A stretch of DNA of 64,000 nucleotides. It comes from Candidatus Collierbacteria bacterium RIFOXYD2_FULL_45_13. Lineage in GTDB: Bacteria; Patescibacteriota; Microgenomatia; UBA1400; MFAQ01. This document shows, piece after piece, positions 28,779 through 38,794 of this stretch. The stretch is taken from contig MFAS01000001.1 in the NCBI GenBank assembly GCA_001774685.1, forward strand, positions 479,557-543,556, read 5' to 3'. The translations under genes and the position numbers were made by a program. The first letter of the stretch is position 1. Each line of letters opens with the position of its first letter. Under the pieces are notes generated by a model. The model had not been told where the DNA came from. It saw only the letters and a list, made by a program, of their open reading frames with translations, and searched no databases.

Positions 28779-30530
28779 ATGCGTTATTTTCTCCAATCTA
28801 TTTCTTATCTCGCCAAACTGGTCTGGCGCTTTCGATTGGAGTTATTCTTGTTCTTACTGTTACTTCCTGCCATTGTTGATATCTTCAAGCCAGGCTTCTT
28901 TCCGATGCACGATGATCTCCAGGTTTTTCGTCTCTACGAGGTTCATAAGTGTATTCTCGACGGTCAGATACCTTGTCGTTGGGTTCCCGATGCCGGTTAT
29001 GGTTATGGCTACCCCTTAATGCAGTTTTATCCACCCATGCCGTACTATCCCATGGAGCTCATGGTTTTATTGGGAGCCGGCTATTTCTTACCAGTCAAAA
29101 TCATGTTTGCTCTGGCCTTTTTACTCTCAGGTCTGGGGATGTATCTTTTGGCTAAGGAGTTCTTTGGTCGATGGGGAGGTGTCCTGGCCGGCGTTATCTA
29201 TGTTTACTCTCCTTATCACTCGGTCGATATTTATGTTCGCGGGGCCATGAATGAAGGGTGGGGCATGGTCTGGTTCCCGTTTGTCCTTCTATATATTTAT
29301 CGGTTAATTACCAAAGAAAAATCCAAAACCAATTTTATTCTGTTGAGCCTTGCTTTAGCTTTGCAGCTTACCTCTCACAACGTGATGACCTTGGTTTTTG
29401 CACCCACAGCCATCATCTGGGCCATTTTCTGGATGTGGAAAACCGGTAAATTTATGGCAATCAAAAATCTTTTTCTGTCCGGTCTTCTTGGAATTGGACT
29501 CTCAGCCTTTTTCTTTATTCCGGTCGTTTTGGAACAAAAATTTGTCCATGTCGATTCGATGACCGTCGGTTATTTCAATTACCTCGCCCACTTTGCCGAT
29601 ATCAAACAATTATTTTTGTCCCGTTTTTGGGGCTATGGTGGTTCCACCTGGGGCCCTGAGGATGGTATGTCTTTTTCTATCGGTCATGTCCAATGGATCG
29701 GGGCGATTCTCGTCTCGATTGTCGCTTTGGGGAGGATGTATCGAACCAAGTTTTACAAAAAAGCTATCATCACCTCGAGTATCGCCGAGAAATCACACAC
29801 ACTATCCCTGATGATTATCATGTTAGTTTCTTTTGGATTTTTATACGCCTTCCTTACTCATAGCCGCTCAAACTTTATTTGGGAACGGCTGAGCATCCTT
29901 CAGTTTGCGCAGTTTCCCTGGCGTTTAGTTGCCTTGATAGTTTTCTATTTTTCCTTCGCCACCGGTTATCTTGCCACCGTCGCTATTCCCAAGATTCTAA
30001 AACCGTTTGCCTTCTCCGTTCTTGTTGTCGGTACAATTCTTTTTAATGTTGGGTTTTTCCGCTTCGAAAGGCACGTCAGAATCACCATTCAAGAAAAGCT
30101 TTCCAGTCTTCAATGGGAACTCCAGGTTACCGGTGGGATTTTCGACTACTTACCCCGATCCGCTCCCAAGCCACCCGGCGATCCGGCCTTTACCGTTCCC
30201 CAGTTTTTGTCCGGGCAGGGTGGTATTCTAAACTTCCGGTCCGGGTCAAATTGGATGACTTTTGACGTTAACTCTTCAACCCAGGAGGTGAAGGTGATGT
30301 TACCGCTCTATACTTTTCCGGGTCTCGTTACCAAGATAGACGACCAAAAAGTTGTCACCGAGATAGATCCGAACCTGGGCCGTGTCGTGGTGACTCTCGG
30401 AAAGGGTATGCACCATGTTGATTCAAAAATACGCTATACCCGTACCAGACTATTTTCGGATCTCATCACTTTGATTTCGGCTCTTATATTATTCAAACTA
30501 ATTTCCGATGATCGAAAACACACCGCCTGA
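28779..30530 (+). CDS. GT-C membrane protein (YfhO/PTPS-related family)
   Basis: MHDD, RWVPD..YGYGYPL..FYPP, PYH..DIYVRGA..E, QFPWR, C-terminal YFPG-type beta domain. Confidence 0.82.
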   Translation: MRYFLQSISYLAKLVWRFRLELFLFLLLLPAIVDIFKPGFFPMHDDLQVFRLYEVHKCILDGQIPCRWVPDAGYGYGYPLMQFYPPMPYYPMELMVLLGAGYFLPVKIMFALAFLLSGLGMYLLAKEFFGRWGGVLAGVIYVYSPYHSVDIYVRGAMNEGWGMVWFPFVLLYIYRLITKEKSKTNFILLSLALALQLTSHNVMTLVFAPTAIIWAIFWMWKTGKFMAIKNLFLSGLLGIGLSAFFFIPVVLEQKFVHVDSMTVGYFNYLAHFADIKQLFLSRFWGYGGSTWGPEDGMSFSIGHVQWIGAILVSIVALGRMYRTKFYKKAIITSSIAEKSHTLSLMIIMLVSFGFLYAFLTHSRSNFIWERLSILQFAQFPWRLVALIVFYFSFATGYLATVAIPKILKPFAFSVLVVGTILFNVGFFRFERHVRITIQEKLSSLQWELQVTGGIFDYLPRSAPKPPGDPAFTVPQFLSGQGGILNFRSGSNWMTFDVNSSTQEVKVMLPLYTFPGLVTKIDDQKVVTEIDPNLGRVVVTLGKGMHHVDSKIRYTRTRLFSDLITLISALILFKLISDDRKHTA

Positions 30531-31986
30531 CGCACCATCACCGCTGGAAGTGCAGGAAGTTAAACGACGTTCTGTTTCTGGTGTTATGGCTCTAATTTCC
30601 CGGACTTTTATCATTCAGATTATTTCCTTTGTTGCCACCCTCGCCCTCACGATCTTTCTCGATCCCAAGACGTACGGAGTCTTCTATCTGGTTTCCTCGG
30701 TCGTCAATTTTCTTGCCTATTTTTCGGATGTTGGTTTGGCCGCCGCCCTCATTCAAAAGAAAGAGGGAATTACCAAGGAAGACTTGTCGACCACATTTAC
30801 CATCCAGCAGCTATTGGTCGTTTCGATTCTCGTCATTCTTTTTATTCTCTCTCCGTTTATCCGCACTCAGTACCAGATCGATCAGACCGGGATGTATCTA
30901 CTTTTTGCCATGGGGGTTTCGCTTTTCCTCAGTTCGCTAAAGACTATCCCTTCTATTATGCTGGAAAGAGAAATCAAGTTCAGCAGGCTAATTCTACCTC
31001 AGGTACTGGAAACACTTACCTTCAATGCCATTGCTGTTTATTGTGCTTGGAAAGGTTTTGGGGTTACCTCTTTTACTCTAGCAGTTCTCGGTCGGGGGGT
31101 TGTCGGTCTCATCGCTATGTACCTTGTATATCCTTGGATGCCGTCGTTTGGTATTAGCCGGTCCTCACTTTCGCACTTACTACGCTTCGGTTTACCTTAC
31201 CAGGTGAACACTTTCTTGGCCGTTCTCAAAGATGATGGCATGACCATCATCCTCACCCGCATCATTGGTACTCAAGGACTCGGTTATATCGGTTGGGCCT
31301 CGCGTTGGGCCGGCCTACCTTTAAGAATCGTTATGGACAATCTCACGAAAGTTTCTTTCCCCACCTTCGCCAGGTTGCAACACGACAAAGAAAGGCTGGC
31401 GAAAGCGGTCGAAATCAGTCTGAAGTACATGTGTTTGTTGGCGTTTCCCATTCTTGTCGGTATGGGTTTTTTGGCTCTCCCTATGACCCACCTCATTCCC
31501 CGATATGTCAAATGGCTTCCAGCCATCATTCCCCTATATATCTATCTCTACAACTCGGCCTGGGCCAGTATTAGTACCAGTCTTACTAATCTCCTCAATG
31601 CTACAGGACACATCAAGTCCACTTTCAAACTAATGCTGATGTGGACCGGTCTTACCTGGCTTATTATGCCTTTTTCGGCCCTGAAGTTTGGTTACCTGGG
31701 CGTTGCCTATGCCACCGGGATTATCGCCACCTCTTCTCTAATCACCATACTGCTTGCCAAAAAACATATAGATTTTAGTTTCTCCAATATTATTAGGACG
31801 CCCGTTTTGGCCTTGCTGCCTATGATCGCCTGGCTTTATTTCTCCGCTGGCTCAATTTCCTCTGTCTTTTCCCTCATTATTGTTATTACGTTCGCTGTCA
31901 CAATTTATACCCTAGCCATTTTGATTCTCGAGGGAAAATCATTTTTCCGGGATACTCTTAGTTACTTTAAGATAAGACATGCTTAG
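30508..31986 (+). CDS. Wzx/MATE-like oligosaccharide flippase
   Basis: LDPKTYG, FSDVGLAAALIQKK, LLRFG, VSFPTFARLQ; about 14 TMs. Confidence 0.9.
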   Translation: MIENTPPDAPSPLEVQEVKRRSVSGVMALISRTFIIQIISFVATLALTIFLDPKTYGVFYLVSSVVNFLAYFSDVGLAAALIQKKEGITKEDLSTTFTIQQLLVVSILVILFILSPFIRTQYQIDQTGMYLLFAMGVSLFLSSLKTIPSIMLEREIKFSRLILPQVLETLTFNAIAVYCAWKGFGVTSFTLAVLGRGVVGLIAMYLVYPWMPSFGISRSSLSHLLRFGLPYQVNTFLAVLKDDGMTIILTRIIGTQGLGYIGWASRWAGLPLRIVMDNLTKVSFPTFARLQHDKERLAKAVEISLKYMCLLAFPILVGMGFLALPMTHLIPRYVKWLPAIIPLYIYLYNSAWASISTSLTNLLNATGHIKSTFKLMLMWTGLTWLIMPFSALKFGYLGVAYATGIIATSSLITILLAKKHIDFSFSNIIRTPVLALLPMIAWLYFSAGSISSVFSLIIVITFAVTIYTLAILILEGKSFFRDTLSYFKIRHA

Positions 31987-34900
31987 AAAATCTTTTATCA
32001 TCTTCCTTTTGCTTCTCTCTTGTTTTTCTGGAAAGGCTCACGCTTTCAAGGCAGAGACTTATATCTCTTTTGCCAACCAGGTGAGGGGGCCGGAAGGATG
32101 GAATAATTCCAAGCAGACACCTTTGGATCTGCCCATGTTTCAATATCAGGAGTCAACCCATTCGGCTTTTCCGGTAACATGGCTTCTCCGTTTTGATGCC
32201 GTAAATGATGCCACCATGTCTGCTTTTTTCAACCGCTTGGTCGGCAAAGACAAAAACCAATCATTAGGTGCCCTCCTGGAAATTACACCATCTTTATCCG
32301 AAGCTGCCAATGTCGTGTATCCGCCGGGCAACTCTCTTCTAAACGCCAATCGCCTATTCCTTTCCGGGTACTCTATTTTAGATAGAGAGCTGTTGATTGA
32401 TACCTACATGGATATCTTCTTTGCTCGTTTCGGTTATTATCCAAAGTCTGTTTCCGCTCACCATCTGGATAGTTATTCTCTGCAGTATCTCCAATCCAAA
32501 TATTCCGTTCTGACGGCGATGAGTGGGGGAGAAGCATACCAAAGCCCATATTTCCCGGACAAGCACAATTCTTCAATCCCGGCCGGCAGTTTTGCAAATC
32601 GGGTCAACCTCGTACTCGTTCCCCGGAATCCCGGTCCTGGCCAAGAGACTCTTGATTCTCTTCTGAACTTTTTTTCCCAAAGGGGTTTCAACGAGTTTTC
32701 ATTCGTGAACCTTGGTTTGGAAAATGATTTGGATCTCAGTCTGTTCAAAAAAGATATCGAGTCAACCAACCGAACTGTGGCCGAGACTCGGGGAAAATAT
32801 GACCTCCACCCCATCGGCCTGGCCGAGTTTGGAGATTGGATGAAAAGCCGTTACCCCGAAAGCTCACCCGCTTATTTCTACCATTCCCCGGACGCCACCT
32901 CTATTGTGCCAGTCAAGATTTACTGGTATCAAAGTCCTTTTTACCGCCTGGGTCTAAAGTCCGTCAGTGGAAAGACATATATCACCGATTTCCGGGTCTA
33001 CAACCGCGAAATCTATGAAGATTATTTTGTCACCCCAAATCAGGACCTCAATCTACACCGTGAAATTCCCGCCATTATTGATTCAGAGAAGTTTCCTTCC
33101 ACTGAAGTTAGTCTGGACATAGATCTGAAAAATGCCGACATCGTCCGCTCCAAGCAATGGGATTATTGGCAGACTGCTCTATGGGTGGATGGCAAAATGC
33201 TCACTCTTCAGCCGGACAAAATTGTTTTCTCCAATTTTCAAGCTCCACCGGTCAACTCAAAAGATATCAAACTCTTGGTTACCAAGGCCCAGACCGTTTG
33301 GGAACTCACGCCCCATACACCATTCAAAAATACCTCCAGACCCACTTGGCTCCTCTGGTTACTCATTGCGGTTGTCGTACTCAAACTGCTAAAGCGCAAC
33401 AAAGGTTCCAGGAAGCCCCGCCTTCCTGTTTATTTGATTGTTGGCGTGTTAATTTCTTTAATTGGCGGTCTGACGGTTTTTCGCAGCGGTCTCCATTATC
33501 CCTTTGGAATGGGTTTCTGGGGTCCCAATGGCCATGACGCCCTATTTCATTTGTCTTTAATCGAAAAGTTCTCCGCCAATCCTTTTAGTTTTTCCCATCC
33601 CCAGATTGCCGGTGAAAAGATCACCAACTATCATTTTCTTTTCGACTTTATTTCCGGGATCATTGCTAAACTTTCCGGTCTCTCCGCCTTAGATCTCTAT
33701 TTCCGTGTCTTTCCTGTTTTGGCCGGCATAGCTATCGTTTTGCTACTGGACCGACTTCTCACCACTTGGCAGTACTCCCGACCCGTGAGGCTATTGTCCA
33801 TGCTGTTGGTATTCTTGGCCGGCTCCTTCGGCTTCATCCCCAAACTACTGATGGGTCAGGATATATTCACCGGAGAATCGGCTTTCTGGTCCAATCAGTC
33901 TATCTCAATTTTCTTAAACCCTCCCTACACCCTGTCTATCATCATCCTCCTTCTCTTCCTGAACAAGCTAAATGGTAAACCAAGAACCAATAACTCTGAA
34001 CTAATAACTCTCTCCCTCATCGGTGGTCTTCTGGCCCAGACCAAAGTTTACGCCTTTATCCTTTTACTCGGAGCACTTTTGCTTAGTAAGAAATACAAAC
34101 TCTTCTTTGGGGTTCTTGCCGTCGGTATTCTAATATCTTTGCCATTTATCACTCTGGGCGGGCCGGCTCCTTTTATTTTTTCTCCGTTATGGTTCCCTCG
34201 CAGTCTATTCGCCTCGTTCGATCGCGCCTATTGGCCTCGTCTGGTGGAAGCCTGGCAGGCTTACGAAGCCTCAGGCAACTTCATCAAACTTAGTTTAATC
34301 AACTTGTTTGCTCTAATGGTATTCTTGGTGGGCAATCTCGGAGTCCGCCTGCTTGGACTAATTGATATTAGCCGGACCAAGTCACGTTTTGACTCGGAAA
34401 CAATAGTTCGTTGGCTAATCTTTCTTGGTCTATTATTACCCCTCCTCTTCGTCCAAAATATCAATCCCTGGAACACCATCCAGTTTATGTATTACGCTCT
34501 GTTCTTCTTGGGCATTTTTACCGCTAAGTATATTTCTTCGTTGCGGCCATTTTTCGTCACAATTCTCCTCCTTCTCGCCGTTGCCTCCAGTGTCGGTACT
34601 CTCAAAGACTACATTGGTTACTTCTCATCTTCTCGAATAAGCTATTCCGAACTCTTATCCCTGGATACACTCCGAGATCTGCCGAAGGGGGTTGTCCTAT
34701 CTCCACTCTATGACGAGGTCTCAGCCAGTCGTGTTTCAACCCCCAAACCACTATATGCCTACGTTTCTACTGCATATATCTCCGCCCTTTCCGGTCAGCC
34801 GGAATTCTTGGCCGATACTATCAATCTTGACATCACCGGATTTGATTATGCGGAGAGAGCCAGAGACGCCCAAAGATTTTTTGACACCCAGGACGCAAAC

Positions 34901-35041
34901 TGGGCCATATCCTTTTTGCAAAACAACCATATCCGATATGTTTACGAAACTAGAATCAAGAAAATGAAACTTACTCCAGCAGACCTAAACTTAGTAAAAA
35001 TCTTTGACTCTGGTGAAGTCACCGTATATAACTTTAACTAA
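31979..35041 (+). CDS. Fusion: secreted carbohydrate hydrolase/deacetylase-like barrel domain plus GT-C membrane domain
   Basis: Signal peptide; TWLL.FDA, LGALLEIT, FFARFGYYPKSV (NodB/GH57-like); C-terminal half GPNGHDALFHLSL..NYHFLFD multi-TM GT-C, similar to 38773. Confidence 0.65.
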   Translation: MLRKSFIIFLLLLSCFSGKAHAFKAETYISFANQVRGPEGWNNSKQTPLDLPMFQYQESTHSAFPVTWLLRFDAVNDATMSAFFNRLVGKDKNQSLGALLEITPSLSEAANVVYPPGNSLLNANRLFLSGYSILDRELLIDTYMDIFFARFGYYPKSVSAHHLDSYSLQYLQSKYSVLTAMSGGEAYQSPYFPDKHNSSIPAGSFANRVNLVLVPRNPGPGQETLDSLLNFFSQRGFNEFSFVNLGLENDLDLSLFKKDIESTNRTVAETRGKYDLHPIGLAEFGDWMKSRYPESSPAYFYHSPDATSIVPVKIYWYQSPFYRLGLKSVSGKTYITDFRVYNREIYEDYFVTPNQDLNLHREIPAIIDSEKFPSTEVSLDIDLKNADIVRSKQWDYWQTALWVDGKMLTLQPDKIVFSNFQAPPVNSKDIKLLVTKAQTVWELTPHTPFKNTSRPTWLLWLLIAVVVLKLLKRNKGSRKPRLPVYLIVGVLISLIGGLTVFRSGLHYPFGMGFWGPNGHDALFHLSLIEKFSANPFSFSHPQIAGEKITNYHFLFDFISGIIAKLSGLSALDLYFRVFPVLAGIAIVLLLDRLLTTWQYSRPVRLLSMLLVFLAGSFGFIPKLLMGQDIFTGESAFWSNQSISIFLNPPYTLSIIILLLFLNKLNGKPRTNNSELITLSLIGGLLAQTKVYAFILLLGALLLSKKYKLFFGVLAVGILISLPFITLGGPAPFIFSPLWFPRSLFASFDRAYWPRLVEAWQAYEASGNFIKLSLINLFALMVFLVGNLGVRLLGLIDISRTKSRFDSETIVRWLIFLGLLLPLLFVQNINPWNTIQFMYYALFFLGIFTAKYISSLRPFFVTILLLLAVASSVGTLKDYIGYFSSSRISYSELLSLDTLRDLPKGVVLSPLYDEVSASRVSTPKPLYAYVSTAYISALSGQPEFLADTINLDITGFDYAERARDAQRFFDTQDANWAISFLQNNHIRYVYETRIKKMKLTPADLNLVKIFDSGEVTVYNFN
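33975..34009 (+). repeat. In-frame degenerate heptamer tandem repeat
   Basis: gtaaacc aagaacc aataact ctgaact aataact, encoding the KPRTNNSELIT loop. Confidence 0.6.
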
Positions 35042-35043
35042 AC

Positions 35044-35961
35044 ATGGCCAGGATAAAAATTTCAGCAGTAGTCAATACCCGAAATGAATCGGAAAACATT
35101 TTTGATTGTCTAAAAACACTCGGATTTTGTGATGAGATCGTGGTGGTCGATATGGAGTCGGAAGACAACACCAAGGAAATCGTCAAGCAGTTTACCGACC
35201 GCATTTATGACCACAAGATGGTGGGCTTTGTCGAGCCGGCCAGAAACTTTGCCATTAAAAAGGCATTGGGAGACTGGATCTTCATCGTCGACGCCGACGA
35301 GCGTGTGCCCAAAACTTTAGCCGCGAAATTAATTGAGATTGCCGACAAGAACGAAGTTGATTTCGTCCGCGTTCCTAGGAAAAACCTTGTTTTCGGCCAC
35401 TGGTTACAGCACTCCCGCTGGTGGCCAGACTATAATATACGCTTCTTCAAAAAGGGCTCGGTCGACTGGCAAGATGAGATTCATTCCGTCCCTATTACTT
35501 ATGGCAACGGCATCAATTTGGACGTAGAGCAGGGAACAGCATTAGAACATCACCACTACCGCACTATCGATGAATACTTCATCCGAGCTCTTCGTTATTC
35601 CGATCAGCAGTCCAAAGAGCTGATTGAATCAGGCTACAAATTTGATCCGGTCGATCTGATCAAAAAACCCACAGGCGAGTTTCTCTCTCGCTTCTTTGCC
35701 GGTGAAGGTTACAAAGACGGTCTCCACGGACTCGTTGTTGCCGTGCTTCAGTTTTTCTCGATCTTGCTTATTTATCTTAAAGTTTGGCAGAATGAAGGTA
35801 GCAAGCCAGTCAGTGAAAGAGTGTTTACCCAAACCTGGCAGTCAGTTTTTCTCGAAAAGTTCAAAGAGTTCCGCTACTGGTTCCTTACCTCCAAGATCCA
35901 AAACTCCAAAAACAAGACCGAAGCCTTCCTCCTCAAGCTCCAGCGACGCCTCCTGAAATAG
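35044..35961 (+). CDS. GT2 glycosyltransferase (beta-1,4-glucosyltransferase-like)
   Basis: EIVVVDMES.D.T, ARNFA, VDADER, WPDY.IRFF, GYKDGLHG. Confidence 0.9.
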   Translation: MARIKISAVVNTRNESENIFDCLKTLGFCDEIVVVDMESEDNTKEIVKQFTDRIYDHKMVGFVEPARNFAIKKALGDWIFIVDADERVPKTLAAKLIEIADKNEVDFVRVPRKNLVFGHWLQHSRWWPDYNIRFFKKGSVDWQDEIHSVPITYGNGINLDVEQGTALEHHHYRTIDEYFIRALRYSDQQSKELIESGYKFDPVDLIKKPTGEFLSRFFAGEGYKDGLHGLVVAVLQFFSILLIYLKVWQNEGSKPVSERVFTQTWQSVFLEKFKEFRYWFLTSKIQNSKNKTEAFLLKLQRRLLK

Positions 35962-35988
35962 ACGATTTGTCTGATATATAATACCTTT

Positions 35989-37041
35989 ATGCATTTTTCC
36001 CAAGTATCGGCGGAATTCGCCGATAAATTTTTTGAGCTTGTTGATTCGGTAAACAACATCGTGGTGACTGCCCACGTCTCCCCGGATAGTGATTCTATCG
36101 CTTCGGTGTTATCGGTTTACGAAATTCTCACCACCAGAAATCCCCAAAAAAACATTCGTATTATTTATTCGGCAGAGCCCCAAGATCATTTCTGCGTTTT
36201 TCAAAACCACGAAAAGATCGAATTTGTACAAGATAACGCTGACCATCTCGATCAAACCGAACTTCTCATCATGCTGGATGGGGGCCAGTACTCCAGGTTC
36301 TCTATATATCCGGAAAAGCTCCAGCGCATTCCTTACACAGTCTGCATAGATCATCACTCTTCTCCTATCTCCGACTTTTCCCTCAGTCTGGTTGTTCCTT
36401 CGTCGTCTTCTTGTGCCCAGCTCGTTTATTCGGCTTTATGTGGTGATCTGACCATTAGTCCGCGGTTGGCCGAGGTGTTTCTGTTAGGCATCTTGGGAGA
36501 TACCGGCAACTTCAACTATCTCAAGCCGACCCAAACCGACACATTGATGATAGCCAAAAAAATGATAGAAATTGCTAACGTCGAAATTCAAGAGTTTCAA
36601 TCCAGATACCAATCAATCCCTAAGAGGGCTTTTGAATTGGTCAAAGTGCTCATGAAGAACACCGCCTTCTCGTCATCTCCAAACTGGCCGGACTACCAAT
36701 ATAGTTATATTGGTAAAGCGGTTATAGATACCGGAGAATTTTCCGATTCCGAAGTTAGCGAAGCCTGTGGTATCTATCTCTCGCATTTTCTACGGACCGT
36801 TACAGGCTTTACTTGGGGTTTTGTCATTACCCCTCGATCCTCAGGGGAGTGTAGTATTTCGCTCCGTTCTCTTCCCCGGTCTGTCAGTGTCCGGGATCTT
36901 ATGGAAAGGATGGGGCTGGGTGGAGGTCACGACCGTGCCGCCGGGGGTACTTTTAAGAAAACGGCTAAGGTTGTTCTAGTCTCCAAATGCCTCAAACAGA
37001 TCAGGGCATGGCTGAACCTCCACGATCCGGTCCTGGTTTAG
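35989..37041 (+). CDS. nrnA: DHH/DHHA1 phosphoesterase (NrnA-like)
   Basis: HVSPDSDS, IDHH, GILGDTGNF, SLRS, GGGHDRAAG. Confidence 0.88.
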   Translation: MHFSQVSAEFADKFFELVDSVNNIVVTAHVSPDSDSIASVLSVYEILTTRNPQKNIRIIYSAEPQDHFCVFQNHEKIEFVQDNADHLDQTELLIMLDGGQYSRFSIYPEKLQRIPYTVCIDHHSSPISDFSLSLVVPSSSSCAQLVYSALCGDLTISPRLAEVFLLGILGDTGNFNYLKPTQTDTLMIAKKMIEIANVEIQEFQSRYQSIPKRAFELVKVLMKNTAFSSSPNWPDYQYSYIGKAVIDTGEFSDSEVSEACGIYLSHFLRTVTGFTWGFVITPRSSGECSISLRSLPRSVSVRDLMERMGLGGGHDRAAGGTFKKTAKVVLVSKCLKQIRAWLNLHDPVLV

Positions 37042-37056
37042 GCTATAATTAAGTCA

Positions 37057-37986
37057 ATGAAACTTGGCTTTATTACGGTTAACTTTCACAGTGACGAGGA
37101 TACTATCGGAGTTGTCTCTCAGCTCGAGGAAAGCCTTTTGCCAAAAGGAGTGGAGATAATCACATACTGTGTGGACAACTCTCTCTCAGAAAGTCTTCCC
37201 AAAAAATTAGCCCAATACCCCCACGCGGTGTATCTGAATTCTCCCGGCAATGTGGGGTTCGCCGCCGGCAACAATATTGGTTTCCGGCGTGCCCTCAAAG
37301 ACAAGGTCGATATCGTGGTGCTAATTAATAATGACACGGTTGCCCCCAAAGATTTGGTGAAAAACATTCTTTCGTCGCCCATTTCCGATGAAAAGGTTGG
37401 AGTTGTCGGGGGACTCATCTATTTCGCCAAAGGTTTTGAGTTTAGGGAAAATTATTCATCCTCAGATCTGGGAAAAGTTATCTGGTATGCTGGTGGTATT
37501 CATGACTGGAATAATGTCTACGCCAGCCACTTGGGTGTCGACGAAGTTGATCATGGGCAGTTTGACGGTGTCCGCACCACCGATTTTGTGACCGGTTGCC
37601 TTTTTATCGTCAGGCGGGAAGTTCTGGAGAGGGTAGGATTTTTTGACGAACGTTATTGTCTTTATTTCGAAGATTCCGACCTGGGTAAAAGAATCGAGAA
37701 GGTTGGTCTCAGACTGGTCATCGACCCCAGAATCAAACTTTGGCACAAAGTAGCCCAAAGTTCTGGCATCGGCTCGCCCCTAAACGACTATTTTCTGACG
37801 AGAAACAGACTCCTTTTTGGCACCACTTATGCTACCACTCGCACCAAGTTCGCCCTTCTCCGCGAAGCTGTGAAAAAATTATTTATCGGCACACCGGCCC
37901 AAAAGATTGCCGTAAGGGATTTCTTTATGCGGAACTTTGGCTGGGGTAGCTGGAACAAAAAAGTCTCAGTACCCGGGAAACAATAA
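37057..37986 (+). CDS. GT2 glycosyltransferase (rhamnosyltransferase-like)
   Basis: NVGFAAGNNIG, LINND, TGC, FDERYCLYFEDSD, RNRL. Confidence 0.9.
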   Translation: MKLGFITVNFHSDEDTIGVVSQLEESLLPKGVEIITYCVDNSLSESLPKKLAQYPHAVYLNSPGNVGFAAGNNIGFRRALKDKVDIVVLINNDTVAPKDLVKNILSSPISDEKVGVVGGLIYFAKGFEFRENYSSSDLGKVIWYAGGIHDWNNVYASHLGVDEVDHGQFDGVRTTDFVTGCLFIVRREVLERVGFFDERYCLYFEDSDLGKRIEKVGLRLVIDPRIKLWHKVAQSSGIGSPLNDYFLTRNRLLFGTTYATTRTKFALLREAVKKLFIGTPAQKIAVRDFFMRNFGWGSWNKKVSVPGKQ

Positions 37987-37987
37987 T

Positions 37988-38794
37988 ATGAAACTATCTG
38001 TCATTATCCTTACGTACAATGTCGAAGATGAGATTATTCCTGCCATCAAGTCATCTCAGTTTGCCGACGAAATTATCGCCGTGGATACCGGCTCTACGGA
38101 CGGGACCTTGGATATTTGCCGCAAGAATGGCGTAAAGATCGTCCATACCACTACCGATAGTTTTGCCAAATGGCGCAATGATGGTGCCAAAGCAGCCAAA
38201 GGGGACTGGCTTCTTTACCTGGACTCCGACGAAAGAATTCCGGTTAAGTTAGCTGATGAGATCTTGTCCACCATTCAAAATCCGTCCCATGATGCCTATA
38301 CCATTAGCCGTTACGAGGTTTTTTTGGGAAAACATCTCAGCCATTGGGGGGATCCCCGCGTCCTCCGGTTTATGAAACGGTCTGCCCTCAAACGCTGGGA
38401 AGGTAAGCTTCACGAACAGCCCAAAATTGACGGTACCGTTGGAGACCTGAGACAGCAAATGGTTCATCTCTCCCACAAAAACATTGACGAAAAACTACCC
38501 AATACTCTTCTCTGGTCAAAAACCGAGGCTTCCATGCTTTTTAATGCTGGTCATCCACCAATGGTTGGCTGGAGGTTTATCAGGATAATGTTTACCGAAT
38601 TTTGGGACCGTTGTATCAAACAGGGACTCTGGAAGGATGGTACCGAAGGCTGGATAGAAATCATTTATCAGATGTTTAGTAAGTTCGTGACCTACGAGCG
38701 TTTGTGGGAGATGCAGAGACAGCCATCTCTCAAAGAGACTTACAGAGATGTTGATAAGCAAATCTTGACTGAATGGGAAAAACAAAAAAAGTAA
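37988..38794 (+). CDS. GT2 glycosyltransferase
   Basis: ILTYN, VDTGSTDGT, LDSDER, LHE, LWKDG. Start set at ATG 37988. Confidence 0.9.
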   Translation: MKLSVIILTYNVEDEIIPAIKSSQFADEIIAVDTGSTDGTLDICRKNGVKIVHTTTDSFAKWRNDGAKAAKGDWLLYLDSDERIPVKLADEILSTIQNPSHDAYTISRYEVFLGKHLSHWGDPRVLRFMKRSALKRWEGKLHEQPKIDGTVGDLRQQMVHLSHKNIDEKLPNTLLWSKTEASMLFNAGHPPMVGWRFIRIMFTEFWDRCIKQGLWKDGTEGWIEIIYQMFSKFVTYERLWEMQRQPSLKETYRDVDKQILTEWEKQKK

